Positions 1-8,092 of a stretch of DNA of 64,000 nt are shown piece after piece; the first letter of the stretch is position 1; the number at the start of each line of letters is the position of its first letter. The stretch lies in the IMG/VR virus record IMGVR_UViG_3300009716_000731, positions 64,001 to 128,000 of that record; one strand, given 5' to 3'. The position numbers and the translations under genes were made by a program. This DNA comes from a virus (Duplodnaviria > Caudoviricetes). The notes under the pieces are model-generated. The model saw only the letters and a program-made list of their open reading frames with translations. It searched no databases and was not told where the DNA came from.

Positions 1-55
1 TATCCTGTATTTTCATCATTTGTTTTATTCCTAGTATCTATGTATATTCTTTGTA

Positions 56-223
56 CTAAGAAGAAGTAATAACGTAAACTAGAACCTTACCGTGTTCTTT
101 TATAAATTTAAGCTCACCGTGAAATCCTAAGCTTTTAGCTTTAGTTGAGTATTTATCATATAAGTCATCAAACTTACTTTCAAACACTTTTACCTTTTCA
201 ATTCCTAACTTTTTTAATATCAT
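56..223 (-). CDS. small hypothetical protein (55 aa, MILKKLGIEK...)
   Basis: Read manually; ATG overlaps the TGA stop of 220..891 (ATGA coupling); below ORF-track cutoff. Confidence 0.6.
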   Translation of the reverse strand: MILKKLGIEKVKVFESKFDDLYDKYSTKAKSLGFHGELKFIKEHGKVLVYVITSS

Positions 224-891
224 TCTTTAAGAGGTATTCTTGGATCAACATCAAAATTATCATTGATATACTCTTTTAGTTCATTTTCTATAAAATGTTC
301 AGGTACAATTTCACTATCCGGTATTTGTGCCATTTTATTACTAATAAAATTTGTAAAGTCGTTAAGAACTTCTGGCTTAATTGCATCAATCAATCTATCT
401 GAAACTACAAATGCTCTTGAGAATCTATCTTTTAGAGGAACCTGACCTTCCGGTAACATCATATAAGTTTCAACAGATTTTTTTAGAAAGTCAGCATATT
501 TTGATTGTGGATTTAGATAATCAAAAATAGTATCAAATACTCTATGAGCTAGTCTTGAAGAACCAAATATGGTTCCGACCACAGCTAATATAGGAAAAAA
601 TGGAGCTAGTGATAAAGGAACAGCAGTTGGTATTATAGAAAATATATTCTTTTTGAGATTAGTTCTTTTCTTAGCCACGATAGCATCCTTAAAAATAGCT
701 TTAAGAATACCAAAAGTAAAGTTTTCACCTTTAGAATGAAGATAAGTAGCTAAGTGACCTTGTTTAGATAAAGCTACTTGTCTTTTTAATTCTTGTTTAT
801 CGGTAACACCTATACTTTTTAAGTAGTTAGTGATATTCTTATCATATTTTTCTAAGATTAAGAATTCATTATAATTTTTTATTTTATCCAT
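220..891 (-). CDS. hypothetical protein with N-terminal tag (MDKIKNYNEFLILE) and central hydrophobic segment
   Basis: ORF track; tag shared with many ORFs in window. Confidence 0.7.
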   Translation of the reverse strand: MDKIKNYNEFLILEKYDKNITNYLKSIGVTDKQELKRQVALSKQGHLATYLHSKGENFTFGILKAIFKDAIVAKKRTNLKKNIFSIIPTAVPLSLAPFFPILAVVGTIFGSSRLAHRVFDTIFDYLNPQSKYADFLKKSVETYMMLPEGQVPLKDRFSRAFVVSDRLIDAIKPEVLNDFTNFISNKMAQIPDSEIVPEHFIENELKEYINDNFDVDPRIPLKE

Positions 892-1804
892 ATTTCTCGT
901 AGTATTTAATTATTGTTTCTTTTGCTTTATCTGAAAGTAATTCCATAGTCATTTCTATGTTTTTAGCATTTTCTCTCCATTTTATAGAACCTGACTTTTC
1001 ATCATTATGGATTCCATTCATATAATCTATTCTTTCTTCCCAAGATTCTTTACCATCAATAATATCAAATGGTATTCCTTCACCGTCTATTTCAGGATAT
1101 TTAGAACAAGCTATGTACCACTTTTTACTAGGACTTCTTTCTTTTTTAGTCCAAGTTAATTTTAGTTTATCATACTTATTATCTTTAGGTAGTATTCTAA
1201 ATAATAAAGACATTTTATTCCACATAGAATAACCATCGTGTGATTTTGAACACCATTCAGTATTTTTTGCAGTTTCTGCTGATGCAGTAAAGTTTATAGG
1301 AATTAAAATATCGACTTTATCATCACTAAAAACAATATCATATTTAGCTTCTTCTGTTTGTATTTTATATTCTTCTTGTATTTTAGACATATGACCTTCA
1401 AATTCATATAATGATTTGAATTTTAATATATCATTTTCTAATGTTTTATTTAATTGACCTCCTAAGTAAAATGACCCTTTTTTAACTTTACTTTGATACC
1501 AGCCAGTTGAGAATATAAATAATTTGAAATTTAGATCAGAATCAAAATATCTATCAAATTCTTCTTCTTTTTCAATTTCATAGTAAGTATCAGCTTTCAT
1601 TTTTTTATACATACTTATAAGCCATTTAGTATATTTACCTGGTTTAGAAAATTCTTTTTTTCTAACTGAAGTAGGATCTAAATTAACTAACTTATAGAAT
1701 ATTTTCTTATCTAAGTCTGGGTACCATTTTTTTCTAATTTCCTCACTTCCGATACTTTTTTCTAAAAGCAATCCTGAAAAATCATCAAATCTTAAAATTT
1801 CCAT
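884..1804 (-). CDS. hypothetical protein with N-terminal tag (MEILRFDDF..LLLE), TxWC motif
   Basis: ORF track 884..1888; start moved to ATG at 1804, which removes the overlap with the topoisomerase gene and lies downstream of a TTATATATA box. Confidence 0.65.
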   Translation of the reverse strand: MEILRFDDFSGLLLEKSIGSEEIRKKWYPDLDKKIFYKLVNLDPTSVRKKEFSKPGKYTKWLISMYKKMKADTYYEIEKEEEFDRYFDSDLNFKLFIFSTGWYQSKVKKGSFYLGGQLNKTLENDILKFKSLYEFEGHMSKIQEEYKIQTEEAKYDIVFSDDKVDILIPINFTASAETAKNTEWCSKSHDGYSMWNKMSLLFRILPKDNKYDKLKLTWTKKERSPSKKWYIACSKYPEIDGEGIPFDIIDGKESWEERIDYMNGIHNDEKSGSIKWRENAKNIEMTMELLSDKAKETIIKYYEKYG

Positions 1805-1841
1805 ATAAAAACAAAGAATAGTTTTTACTATATATAAAATT

Positions 1842-3185
1842 ATGAATGCAGAAAAGACAATTTCAGATTTTTTATCCAATGAGTACAAAGAGTTTGCTAT
1901 GTACTCAATCGAAGGTCGTGCAATACCTTCTGTTATAGATGGATTTAAGCCAACACATAGAAAAATTATACATATCTCTAATCAAATTTGGAAAACAGGT
2001 AATGAGAAAAATCTAAAAGTTTTTCAATTAGCAGGTAAAGTAGCTTCTGATGCTTTTTATCATCACGGTAATACATCATTAGAAAATGCTATTGTAACGA
2101 TGGCTCAAAAGTTCAAAAACAATGCTCCTTTATTAGAAGAGATTGGACAGTTTGGATCTTTAAGAAGTCCACAACCAGGTGCAGCACGTTATATTGGAAC
2201 TAAGTTATCTAACAATTTTAGGTTTATCTATAAAGACTTTGATCTTTTAGAATATAAAGAAGAAGAAGGTGAATCAATTGAGCCTCATTACTTTTTACCT
2301 ATTATTCCAACTATCTTATTAAATGGTTCTTCTGGTATTGCAGTAGGATTCTCATCTAATATCTTAAATAGAGACATTAAAGACATTATAGATTCTTGTA
2401 CTAAGGTTTTAGCGGGAAAGAAACAATCGTTGATAAAACCTTCTCTAAATGAGTTTACTGGTGAGTTTATACAAGATAAAGAGAATAATAAAAGATGGAT
2501 AATAAGAGGTAGATTCCAAAAGGTAAATACATCTACGGTTAAAATATTAGAGTTACCACCTTCTATGACTTATGAGAAATATGAAGAGATATTAGATAAG
2601 TTAGTTGATAATAAAGATATAGTTTCCTATGATGATAATTGTAAAGATAATATAGATTATACAATTAAGTTTCAGAGAAGTGTTTTAGAGAAGTTAGATG
2701 ATACAGCTTTAATAAAGCTATTGAAGTTAGAAGAATCATCAACTGAGATATTTACTTCATTAGATGAGAGAGGTAAATTAAAAATATTTGAAACTGCGGA
2801 AGAGATTATAGAATATTTTACTAACTTTAGATTAACTTATTATATTAAGAGAAAAGAGTATTTATTAGATAAATTGAATAAAGAGCTAAAAATACTAAGT
2901 AATCGTGGAAGATTCATAAAGGCTATTTTAGATGAGAAAATTAAAATTAATAATGTTGCTAAATCAGAAATAATTGAGTCTATAAAGTCATTAGGTTTAG
3001 ATTTAGTAGATGATTCATATGATTACTTATTAAGAATGCCAATTTACTCTTTAACTAAAGAGCTTTTTGAAAAACTAAAAGAAGATTTTACAAAGAAAAA
3101 GCAAGAAATAAAAGAGTTAGAAGAAACAGATCCTAAAAATATGTATTTAGAGGATCTTCAAGAACTGAAAAAAAGATATAAATAA
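1842..3185 (+). CDS. DNA topoisomerase II, GyrA/ParC-like subunit (T4 gp52-like)
   Basis: RAIPSVIDGFKP, YHHG, catalytic AARYI, LLNGSSGIAVGF motifs; short form without GyrA CTD. Confidence 0.95.
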   Translation: MNAEKTISDFLSNEYKEFAMYSIEGRAIPSVIDGFKPTHRKIIHISNQIWKTGNEKNLKVFQLAGKVASDAFYHHGNTSLENAIVTMAQKFKNNAPLLEEIGQFGSLRSPQPGAARYIGTKLSNNFRFIYKDFDLLEYKEEEGESIEPHYFLPIIPTILLNGSSGIAVGFSSNILNRDIKDIIDSCTKVLAGKKQSLIKPSLNEFTGEFIQDKENNKRWIIRGRFQKVNTSTVKILELPPSMTYEKYEEILDKLVDNKDIVSYDDNCKDNIDYTIKFQRSVLEKLDDTALIKLLKLEESSTEIFTSLDERGKLKIFETAEEIIEYFTNFRLTYYIKRKEYLLDKLNKELKILSNRGRFIKAILDEKIKINNVAKSEIIESIKSLGLDLVDDSYDYLLRMPIYSLTKELFEKLKEDFTKKKQEIKELEETDPKNMYLEDLQELKKRYK

Positions 3186-3216
3186 TTGTTTATATCTAAA
3201 TAAAACATTAATTTTG
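3186..3216 (+). promoter_or_regulatory. Bacteroidota sigma-A-type promoter (TTG-N20-TAATTTTG)
   Basis: Matches the -33/-7 consensus TTG...TAnnTTTG, 16 nt upstream of ATG 3233. Confidence 0.55.
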
Positions 3217-3232
3217 TAGAAAATAATTAAAA

Positions 3233-4483
3233 ATGAAACAACAACTTGTAGATTTGATACATAGCAAAGCGCCTGGTTCTAAACCACTTTTCTTGGTGGT
3301 TAGAGGTTCTCATGCTTATGGTACAAATATAGAAACATCAGACGTCGATTATGCTGGTGTATTTATCCAGTCATTAGATGATATATTGGGTAGTAAATAT
3401 GTAGAGCAAGTAAATGATGATAAGAATGATATTGTTATTTATGAAATAAGACGATTTTTAGAGCTTTTAGGTAAAAACAATCCAACTGTATTAGAACTTC
3501 TTAATACACCAGAGGATTGTATTATTTATAAAGATCCTGTTTTTGATATGATTTTAGAAAATAGAGATCAATTTATTACTAAAGTTTGTGCTAGATCGTT
3601 TGGTGGTTATGCTACTACTCAAATTAATAAATCAAAAGGACTTAATAAGAAACAAAACTGGGAGAAAGATAAAGTAACTCGTAAAGATTTGCTCGACTTC
3701 TGTTATGTTATTGAAGGAGAAAAGTCTATACCTTGGAAAGTATGGAATAATGGCACTTATGAAGAAAAGTTTATAGGTGCTGTAAATATTCCACACGCTA
3801 GAGATATGTATGCTTTATTTTATGATATAAATGCTTATCATGCTTTTAGTGAATCAGTTCCACAAAATGTTAGAGAAGCACATATTAAACTTAGAAAGGA
3901 TGCTGATTTACCAGTAGGTTTAGGTTACAAAGGTTTAGTTAAGCTTGGTGATGTTCTTGAGAAGTCTGATGAAAATGGTATGTTGGATATTAGTACAGAA
4001 GAACTAAAAAATTACATTTCTGGTTCTATTGTGAATTCTAATCAACTACGTCTTTCAAGTATTCCAAAAGGTGAGACTCCAATTTGTACAATTTTCTATA
4101 ACAAAGATGGTTACTCTGAGCATTGTAAAGACTTTAGAGAATATGAGGAATGGTTAGAGAAAAGAAACACTCAAAGATGGGTTGATGTTAAATCACACGG
4201 TCAACAAATCGACGGTAAAAATATGCTTCATTGTGTAAGATTAGTTGATATGTCTCGTGAGATTGCAGAAGGTAAAGGAATTATAGTAAGACGACCTAAT
4301 GCTGAGCAACTTCTTGCGATTAGAAGAGGTGAAGTTGATCTTCAATCTTTGATTGATTATGTTGAAAAAGAGATTGTTGAAGTCGATAGAATTTTCAAAG
4401 AGTCTAATCTACCTGATAAAGTATCAGAAGAGTTTATAAATGATTTGTTAATTAAAATTAGAAAAATATCATATGGTTTTTAG
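3233..4483 (+). CDS. Pol-beta-family nucleotidyltransferase (RlaP/YcgL-like)
   Basis: GSHAYG..SDVD motif, NPTVLELL, C-terminal DGKNMLHCVRL...LLAIRRG helical region. Confidence 0.85.
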   Translation: MKQQLVDLIHSKAPGSKPLFLVVRGSHAYGTNIETSDVDYAGVFIQSLDDILGSKYVEQVNDDKNDIVIYEIRRFLELLGKNNPTVLELLNTPEDCIIYKDPVFDMILENRDQFITKVCARSFGGYATTQINKSKGLNKKQNWEKDKVTRKDLLDFCYVIEGEKSIPWKVWNNGTYEEKFIGAVNIPHARDMYALFYDINAYHAFSESVPQNVREAHIKLRKDADLPVGLGYKGLVKLGDVLEKSDENGMLDISTEELKNYISGSIVNSNQLRLSSIPKGETPICTIFYNKDGYSEHCKDFREYEEWLEKRNTQRWVDVKSHGQQIDGKNMLHCVRLVDMSREIAEGKGIIVRRPNAEQLLAIRRGEVDLQSLIDYVEKEIVEVDRIFKESNLPDKVSEEFINDLLIKIRKISYGF

Positions 4484-5078
4484 TATTGCGTGTTTAGGAT
4501 TTTTTTGTTTAGGTATTCTTTTAACTAACTTGTATAATAAAATTATGTACAAGAGAGAATCTGATAAGATATTAAAAGAGAGAAATTCATTCTTTTCTAA
4601 GGTTTTAGAAAAAATCTATTCTAATGAGGTTCAATTTAAGGATAGAATAAATAATTCTGTTACGTTAACAACGTCAATTGAAGGAACTGGTTTTATTGAT
4701 ATTGTTTATATTATGGATAATAGACAAGACGTTGCTATTTTTAGAAATGGTAAGTGTATTTATACAACCGATGGTATTGATGAAAATATTGTTGATGAAT
4801 TGATAACTACTATTAATATCTATTTCAAGTCAGAGATAAATGATGTTATAAGTGTTTTAGGTATGATATTTTATAAACCTACATTTGAATCAAAATTTGG
4901 AATTAAGTTATCTGACTTAAAAGCAATGTATAATTTCGATGAAGAGTTTGAAAATAAAGCTAAGCAAAAAAGTGTTAAGTCTTATAATATAGATGAAATC
5001 TTGGACAAAATTAGTGCTCAAGGTATTCAAAGCTTAACTTTAGAAGAGAAAAAGTTTTTAGATAACTATAATGGATGA
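4473..5078 (+). CDS. membrane-anchored protein with C-terminal DUF6576-like motif
   Basis: N-terminal hydrophobic helix; ends IDEILDKISAQGIQSLTLEEKKFLD. Confidence 0.65.
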   Translation: MVFSIACLGFFCLGILLTNLYNKIMYKRESDKILKERNSFFSKVLEKIYSNEVQFKDRINNSVTLTTSIEGTGFIDIVYIMDNRQDVAIFRNGKCIYTTDGIDENIVDELITTINIYFKSEINDVISVLGMIFYKPTFESKFGIKLSDLKAMYNFDEEFENKAKQKSVKSYNIDEILDKISAQGIQSLTLEEKKFLDNYNG

Positions 5079-5373
5079 TATTAATACCGTAAGTCAATTT
5101 GTTATAAAAGATTATAGAACTATACAAGGTACGATAAATATCATCTTTGAGATAGATAATAACTACTTTTATATTGAAGATGATTTTGAAAAAATAAAAG
5201 ATGTTGATAAGATGCCGGTTTATATAAAAAAAGACTGGTATAAGTATAATAAAAAAGAATTAACACTTGAAGTTATTAATTCTCATATTTCATTCTCTAA
5301 AGAATTAGAAGATGATGATTTATTTAGAAACTTGGTATCTATACGAAGAGATTATATTATTGATAAACTATAA
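5071..5373 (+). CDS. hypothetical protein with C-terminal RxxxIxxL tag
   Basis: ORF track; ends RRDYIIDKL. Confidence 0.65.
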   Translation: MDDINTVSQFVIKDYRTIQGTINIIFEIDNNYFYIEDDFEKIKDVDKMPVYIKKDWYKYNKKELTLEVINSHISFSKELEDDDLFRNLVSIRRDYIIDKL

Positions 5374-5403
5374 AAAAACCACTCAATAGAGTGGTTTTAT
5401 TTT
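5372..5403. terminator. bidirectional intrinsic terminator
   Basis: AAAACCACTC-aata-GAGTGGTTTT hairpin between convergent genes. Confidence 0.75.
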
Positions 5404-5954
5404 TATAGTGGAAGTTCTTCTTCTCCTTCTTCTGTTTGACCTTGTGCCTGACCTTGACCTTGTGCCTGACCTTGACCTTGTGCCTGACCTTGACCTTGTG
5501 CTTGACCTTGTGCAGGTGCTTGAGTCTGTGGTTCTTCAAATTCATCATCACCTTGTGCTTGACCTTCTGGTTGAGCTTGCATTTGTGGTTGAGCTTGCAT
5601 TTGTGGTTGAGCTTGCGGTTCAGTTTGTACTTGTACTTGACCTTGTCCTTGAGTTTGAGCTTGAGTTTGACCACCCATTATTGCACCACCTGGAATTTTA
5701 TCAACATCAACAAAGTTAAGTGTTACATATTTAATTATTTCCTCAGCAATATCTACATCACCAAAAAATTGACGTAAATTTTTACCTGTGGTGTCTTTTA
5801 CTTTTTTTACATAAGCATTAATAAGAGATTGAGGAATATCAATCATAGTTTTTACTTTATAAATATCATTTACTTGTAATACTGATTCTCTTATTATTTC
5901 TTCTCTATTTTTCTTAATACGAAAAGATTCAAATTTTTTAACGTGTTTCATCAT
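5403..5954 (-). CDS. tagged protein (MMKHVKKFESF) with Gln/Gly-rich low-complexity acidic tail
   Basis: ORF track; late-type promoter box at 5974-5982. Confidence 0.75.
   Translation of the reverse strand: MMKHVKKFESFRIKKNREEIIRESVLQVNDIYKVKTMIDIPQSLINAYVKKVKDTTGKNLRQFFGDVDIAEEIIKYVTLNFVDVDKIPGGAIMGGQTQAQTQGQGQVQVQTEPQAQPQMQAQPQMQAQPEGQAQGDDEFEEPQTQAPAQGQAQGQGQAQGQGQAQGQGQAQGQTEEGEEELPL
5437..5616. repeat. coding tandem repeats: 18-bp units encoding GQGQAQ (about 4 copies) and QPQMQA (2-3 copies)
   Basis: tgaccttgtgcctgacct and ggttgagcttgcatttgt repeats visible. Confidence 0.85.
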
Positions 5955-6009
5955 TAAAGATTAATTTTTTTATTATATATTAATATTAAAAACTCATTTT
6001 TTTCACTTT

Positions 6010-6522
6010 TTAGTGAATTATTCCAACAGATATTAAAACTAATCCAACTATAGCCAGTGTTCCTAAAGAACCACCTACCCACATCTTAGTTTTCATCTTA
6101 CCGATCTGTTTATCTTTAATATCAATTTGTTCTTTTTGATTAGCTAGTTGTGATTCGAGAACTTGATTTCTTTGCATCCAAGATAAAATTTCACCTTGTA
6201 AGTCTGTAATTTTACCATCTTTTATTACTAATTGTCCTTCTAATTTACCCACCGTAATATTTAATTTAGCAATAGCTTCATCTTTTTCTGAAATTACTTT
6301 TACACAAAGAGTTTCATATTCTTTCATCTCAATAGAAAGTTTTTCAAATTTTTCTAAAAGATCAGAACTATTATTTAATTTCATAGCTTGTGGTATTGTC
6401 ATTACGACGACTTTTTGTCCTAATGAATCTATCTCAAATTTAGGATATTTTATTTCTGGAGTTACTTGTGCAAATAAAGTAACACTTATTAGTAGTGTTA
6501 ATAATGTTAATAAATTTTTCAT
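6010..6522 (-). CDS. exported coiled-coil protein with signal peptide and C-terminal TM (spanin-like candidate)
   Basis: MKNLLTLLTLLISVTLFA|Q signal peptide, heptad region, C-terminal hydrophobic helix. Confidence 0.55.
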   Translation of the reverse strand: MKNLLTLLTLLISVTLFAQVTPEIKYPKFEIDSLGQKVVVMTIPQAMKLNNSSDLLEKFEKLSIEMKEYETLCVKVISEKDEAIAKLNITVGKLEGQLVIKDGKITDLQGEILSWMQRNQVLESQLANQKEQIDIKDKQIGKMKTKMWVGGSLGTLAIVGLVLISVGIIH

Positions 6523-6525
6523 AAA

Positions 6526-6933
6526 CTAATTTAATTTTTTATTTAAGGATTCTAATAGTTGCTCGTCTGTTAATTGTGGTGGATTTTTCTTAAAATCTTC
6601 AATCTCTTGTCTTGTTTTAGTTATTCCACCTTTTAGATTATCTAATTCAGCTTTAGTCTTATTTGCCTTTTCGATAGCAAGTCTGGCTTCTTTTTTAGCT
6701 TGAGTAACCTCTATTGATTTCTTCTTATCTTCAGCATCTTTTAGTTGGTATTTAGTTTTCCAATTTGCAATGTCTGCATCAATAGCATTTTTTTCTTCTT
6801 CTAGTTTCTCATATTTTTGTTCTAACTCTTTTAGTCTTTCTTTATCTTCATCATTTCCTGACAAATACCATTTTAGACCAAAAAAAGAAACTATTACTAA
6901 AAGAGCTATTATAATATAATGTTCTAATTTCAT
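6526..6933 (-). CDS. N-terminal TM plus long coiled coil (i-spanin-like candidate)
   Basis: Likely start MKLEHYIIIALLVIVSFFGL; late box at 6954-6962. Confidence 0.55.
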   Translation of the reverse strand: MKLEHYIIIALLVIVSFFGLKWYLSGNDEDKERLKELEQKYEKLEEEKNAIDADIANWKTKYQLKDAEDKKKSIEVTQAKKEARLAIEKANKTKAELDNLKGGITKTRQEIEDFKKNPPQLTDEQLLESLNKKLN

Positions 6934-6999
6934 AAAATTGCCTTTTTTTATTTTATATATTAAATATTTTATATATATTTGCAAATAAATTATTATATA

Positions 7000-7503
7000 A
7001 TGAAATTAATATGTTTTGATTTAGATGATACTCTGTGTCATACTATGAAACCTGAGGAGGGAAAACCTTTATGGAAAGAAAAAACTGGTCAAGATTGGCC
7101 TCACCGTGGTTGGTGGAGTAAGCCAGAAACTTTAGATTTAGATATTTTTGATACAAAAGTAAATCCTTATGTTTATGAAGAGTATCTTAAAGCTGTTTCT
7201 GATCCAGATAACTATGTTATTTGTGCAACTGGTCGTGTTGAAAAATTAAGACCAGAAGTTGAGGCATTGTTAAGTAAATTAAACTTAGCATTTGATGCTA
7301 TTTACTTGAATACTGGTGGTGATACTTTTACATTCAAATGTAGGTTATTTGAGAAATTAATTAGAAAATTAGGTGTTGATGAATTCGTTATGTATGACGA
7401 CCGTTACGAACATTTAGTTGAATTTGAAAAATGGGCTAAAACAATTGACTGTAGAATTACTATAATTGATGTAAAAAACAAAACAAAAAAAGTTTTTAAG
7501 TAA
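7000..7503 (+). CDS. HAD-superfamily phosphatase (Swiss-Army-Knife RNA-repair-like HAD)
   Basis: FDLDDTL motif I, WWSKPETL, ATGR, YDDR; ATG at 7000 downstream of TATATTTG. Confidence 0.8.
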   Translation: MKLICFDLDDTLCHTMKPEEGKPLWKEKTGQDWPHRGWWSKPETLDLDIFDTKVNPYVYEEYLKAVSDPDNYVICATGRVEKLRPEVEALLSKLNLAFDAIYLNTGGDTFTFKCRLFEKLIRKLGVDEFVMYDDRYEHLVEFEKWAKTIDCRITIIDVKNKTKKVFK

Positions 7504-7504
7504 A

Positions 7505-7786
7505 ATGGCAACTATAACTAAAACAAAAACAAAATCAAAGGTACAAAGTATTCTTTCTAAACCTTATCGTCTTATATTGCATAATGATGATTATAATACT
7601 TTTTCACATGTTATTGAATCATTAGTTAAAATTTGTAAACATGATTATACTCAGGCTGAACAATGTGCTAATATAATTCATTTTAATGGTAAATGTGATG
7701 TTAAATATGGAGATTATGAAACTATAAGTGACATGTTAGATAAGTTAAGAAATCTTGGTTTATGTGCGACCATGGAGTCTAACTAA
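7505..7786 (+). CDS. clpS: ATP-dependent Clp protease adaptor ClpS
   Basis: LILHNDDYNTFSHVI...AEQCANIIHFNGKC motif. Confidence 0.92.
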   Translation: MATITKTKTKSKVQSILSKPYRLILHNDDYNTFSHVIESLVKICKHDYTQAEQCANIIHFNGKCDVKYGDYETISDMLDKLRNLGLCATMESN

Positions 7787-7864
7787 TATATCTATTAAAG
7801 TTTCTTGGGGTTGTATAGTATTCTTTAGAATTTAATATAAATTTTAACTTTTTACTAGTTCCGT

Positions 7865-8032
7865 ACAATATTAATTTCTGGTCCAACTACAGGAAATCAA
7901 GAATTGATTTTGGAGAAAATGTTTGTCAACGGAAAAGAAAATTCAATTGCAAAAGTTGGTGATAAAGTAACTTTTGAAGTTCCTTTCCGAGTAAGATTGT
8001 CAGATAAATTATTTAAAATTATCAGCTTTTAA
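7865..8032 (+). pseudogene. 3' fragment resembling the C-terminus of a Bacteroidota U32-family peptidase
   Basis: Translates TILISGPTTGNQELILEKMFVNGKENSIAKVGDKVTFEVPFRVRLSDKLFKIISF*; in-frame TAG just upstream, no 5' start; recognised from memory of the GPTTG...R.SDKL.K motif. Confidence 0.6.
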
Positions 8033-8092
8033 ATCAATGCGTAACTACAAATGGTAATACTTTTTGGATCAATTGTATTATCTTTTGCTTAT

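Noticed and set aside
120-160. Hairpin gaaatcctaagcttttagctttag resembling an IS200/IS605 TnpB right end
   Set aside because: Lies inside a coupled 55-aa minus-strand ORF and no tnpB is visible in the window
5437-5616. Possible CRISPR-like array
   Set aside because: Repeats are contiguous with no unique spacers and are in-frame coding
5357-5777. Three alternative-frame ORFs (5357..5674, 5408..5719, 5436..5777)
   Set aside because: Shadows of the 18-bp coding repeats in 5403..5954
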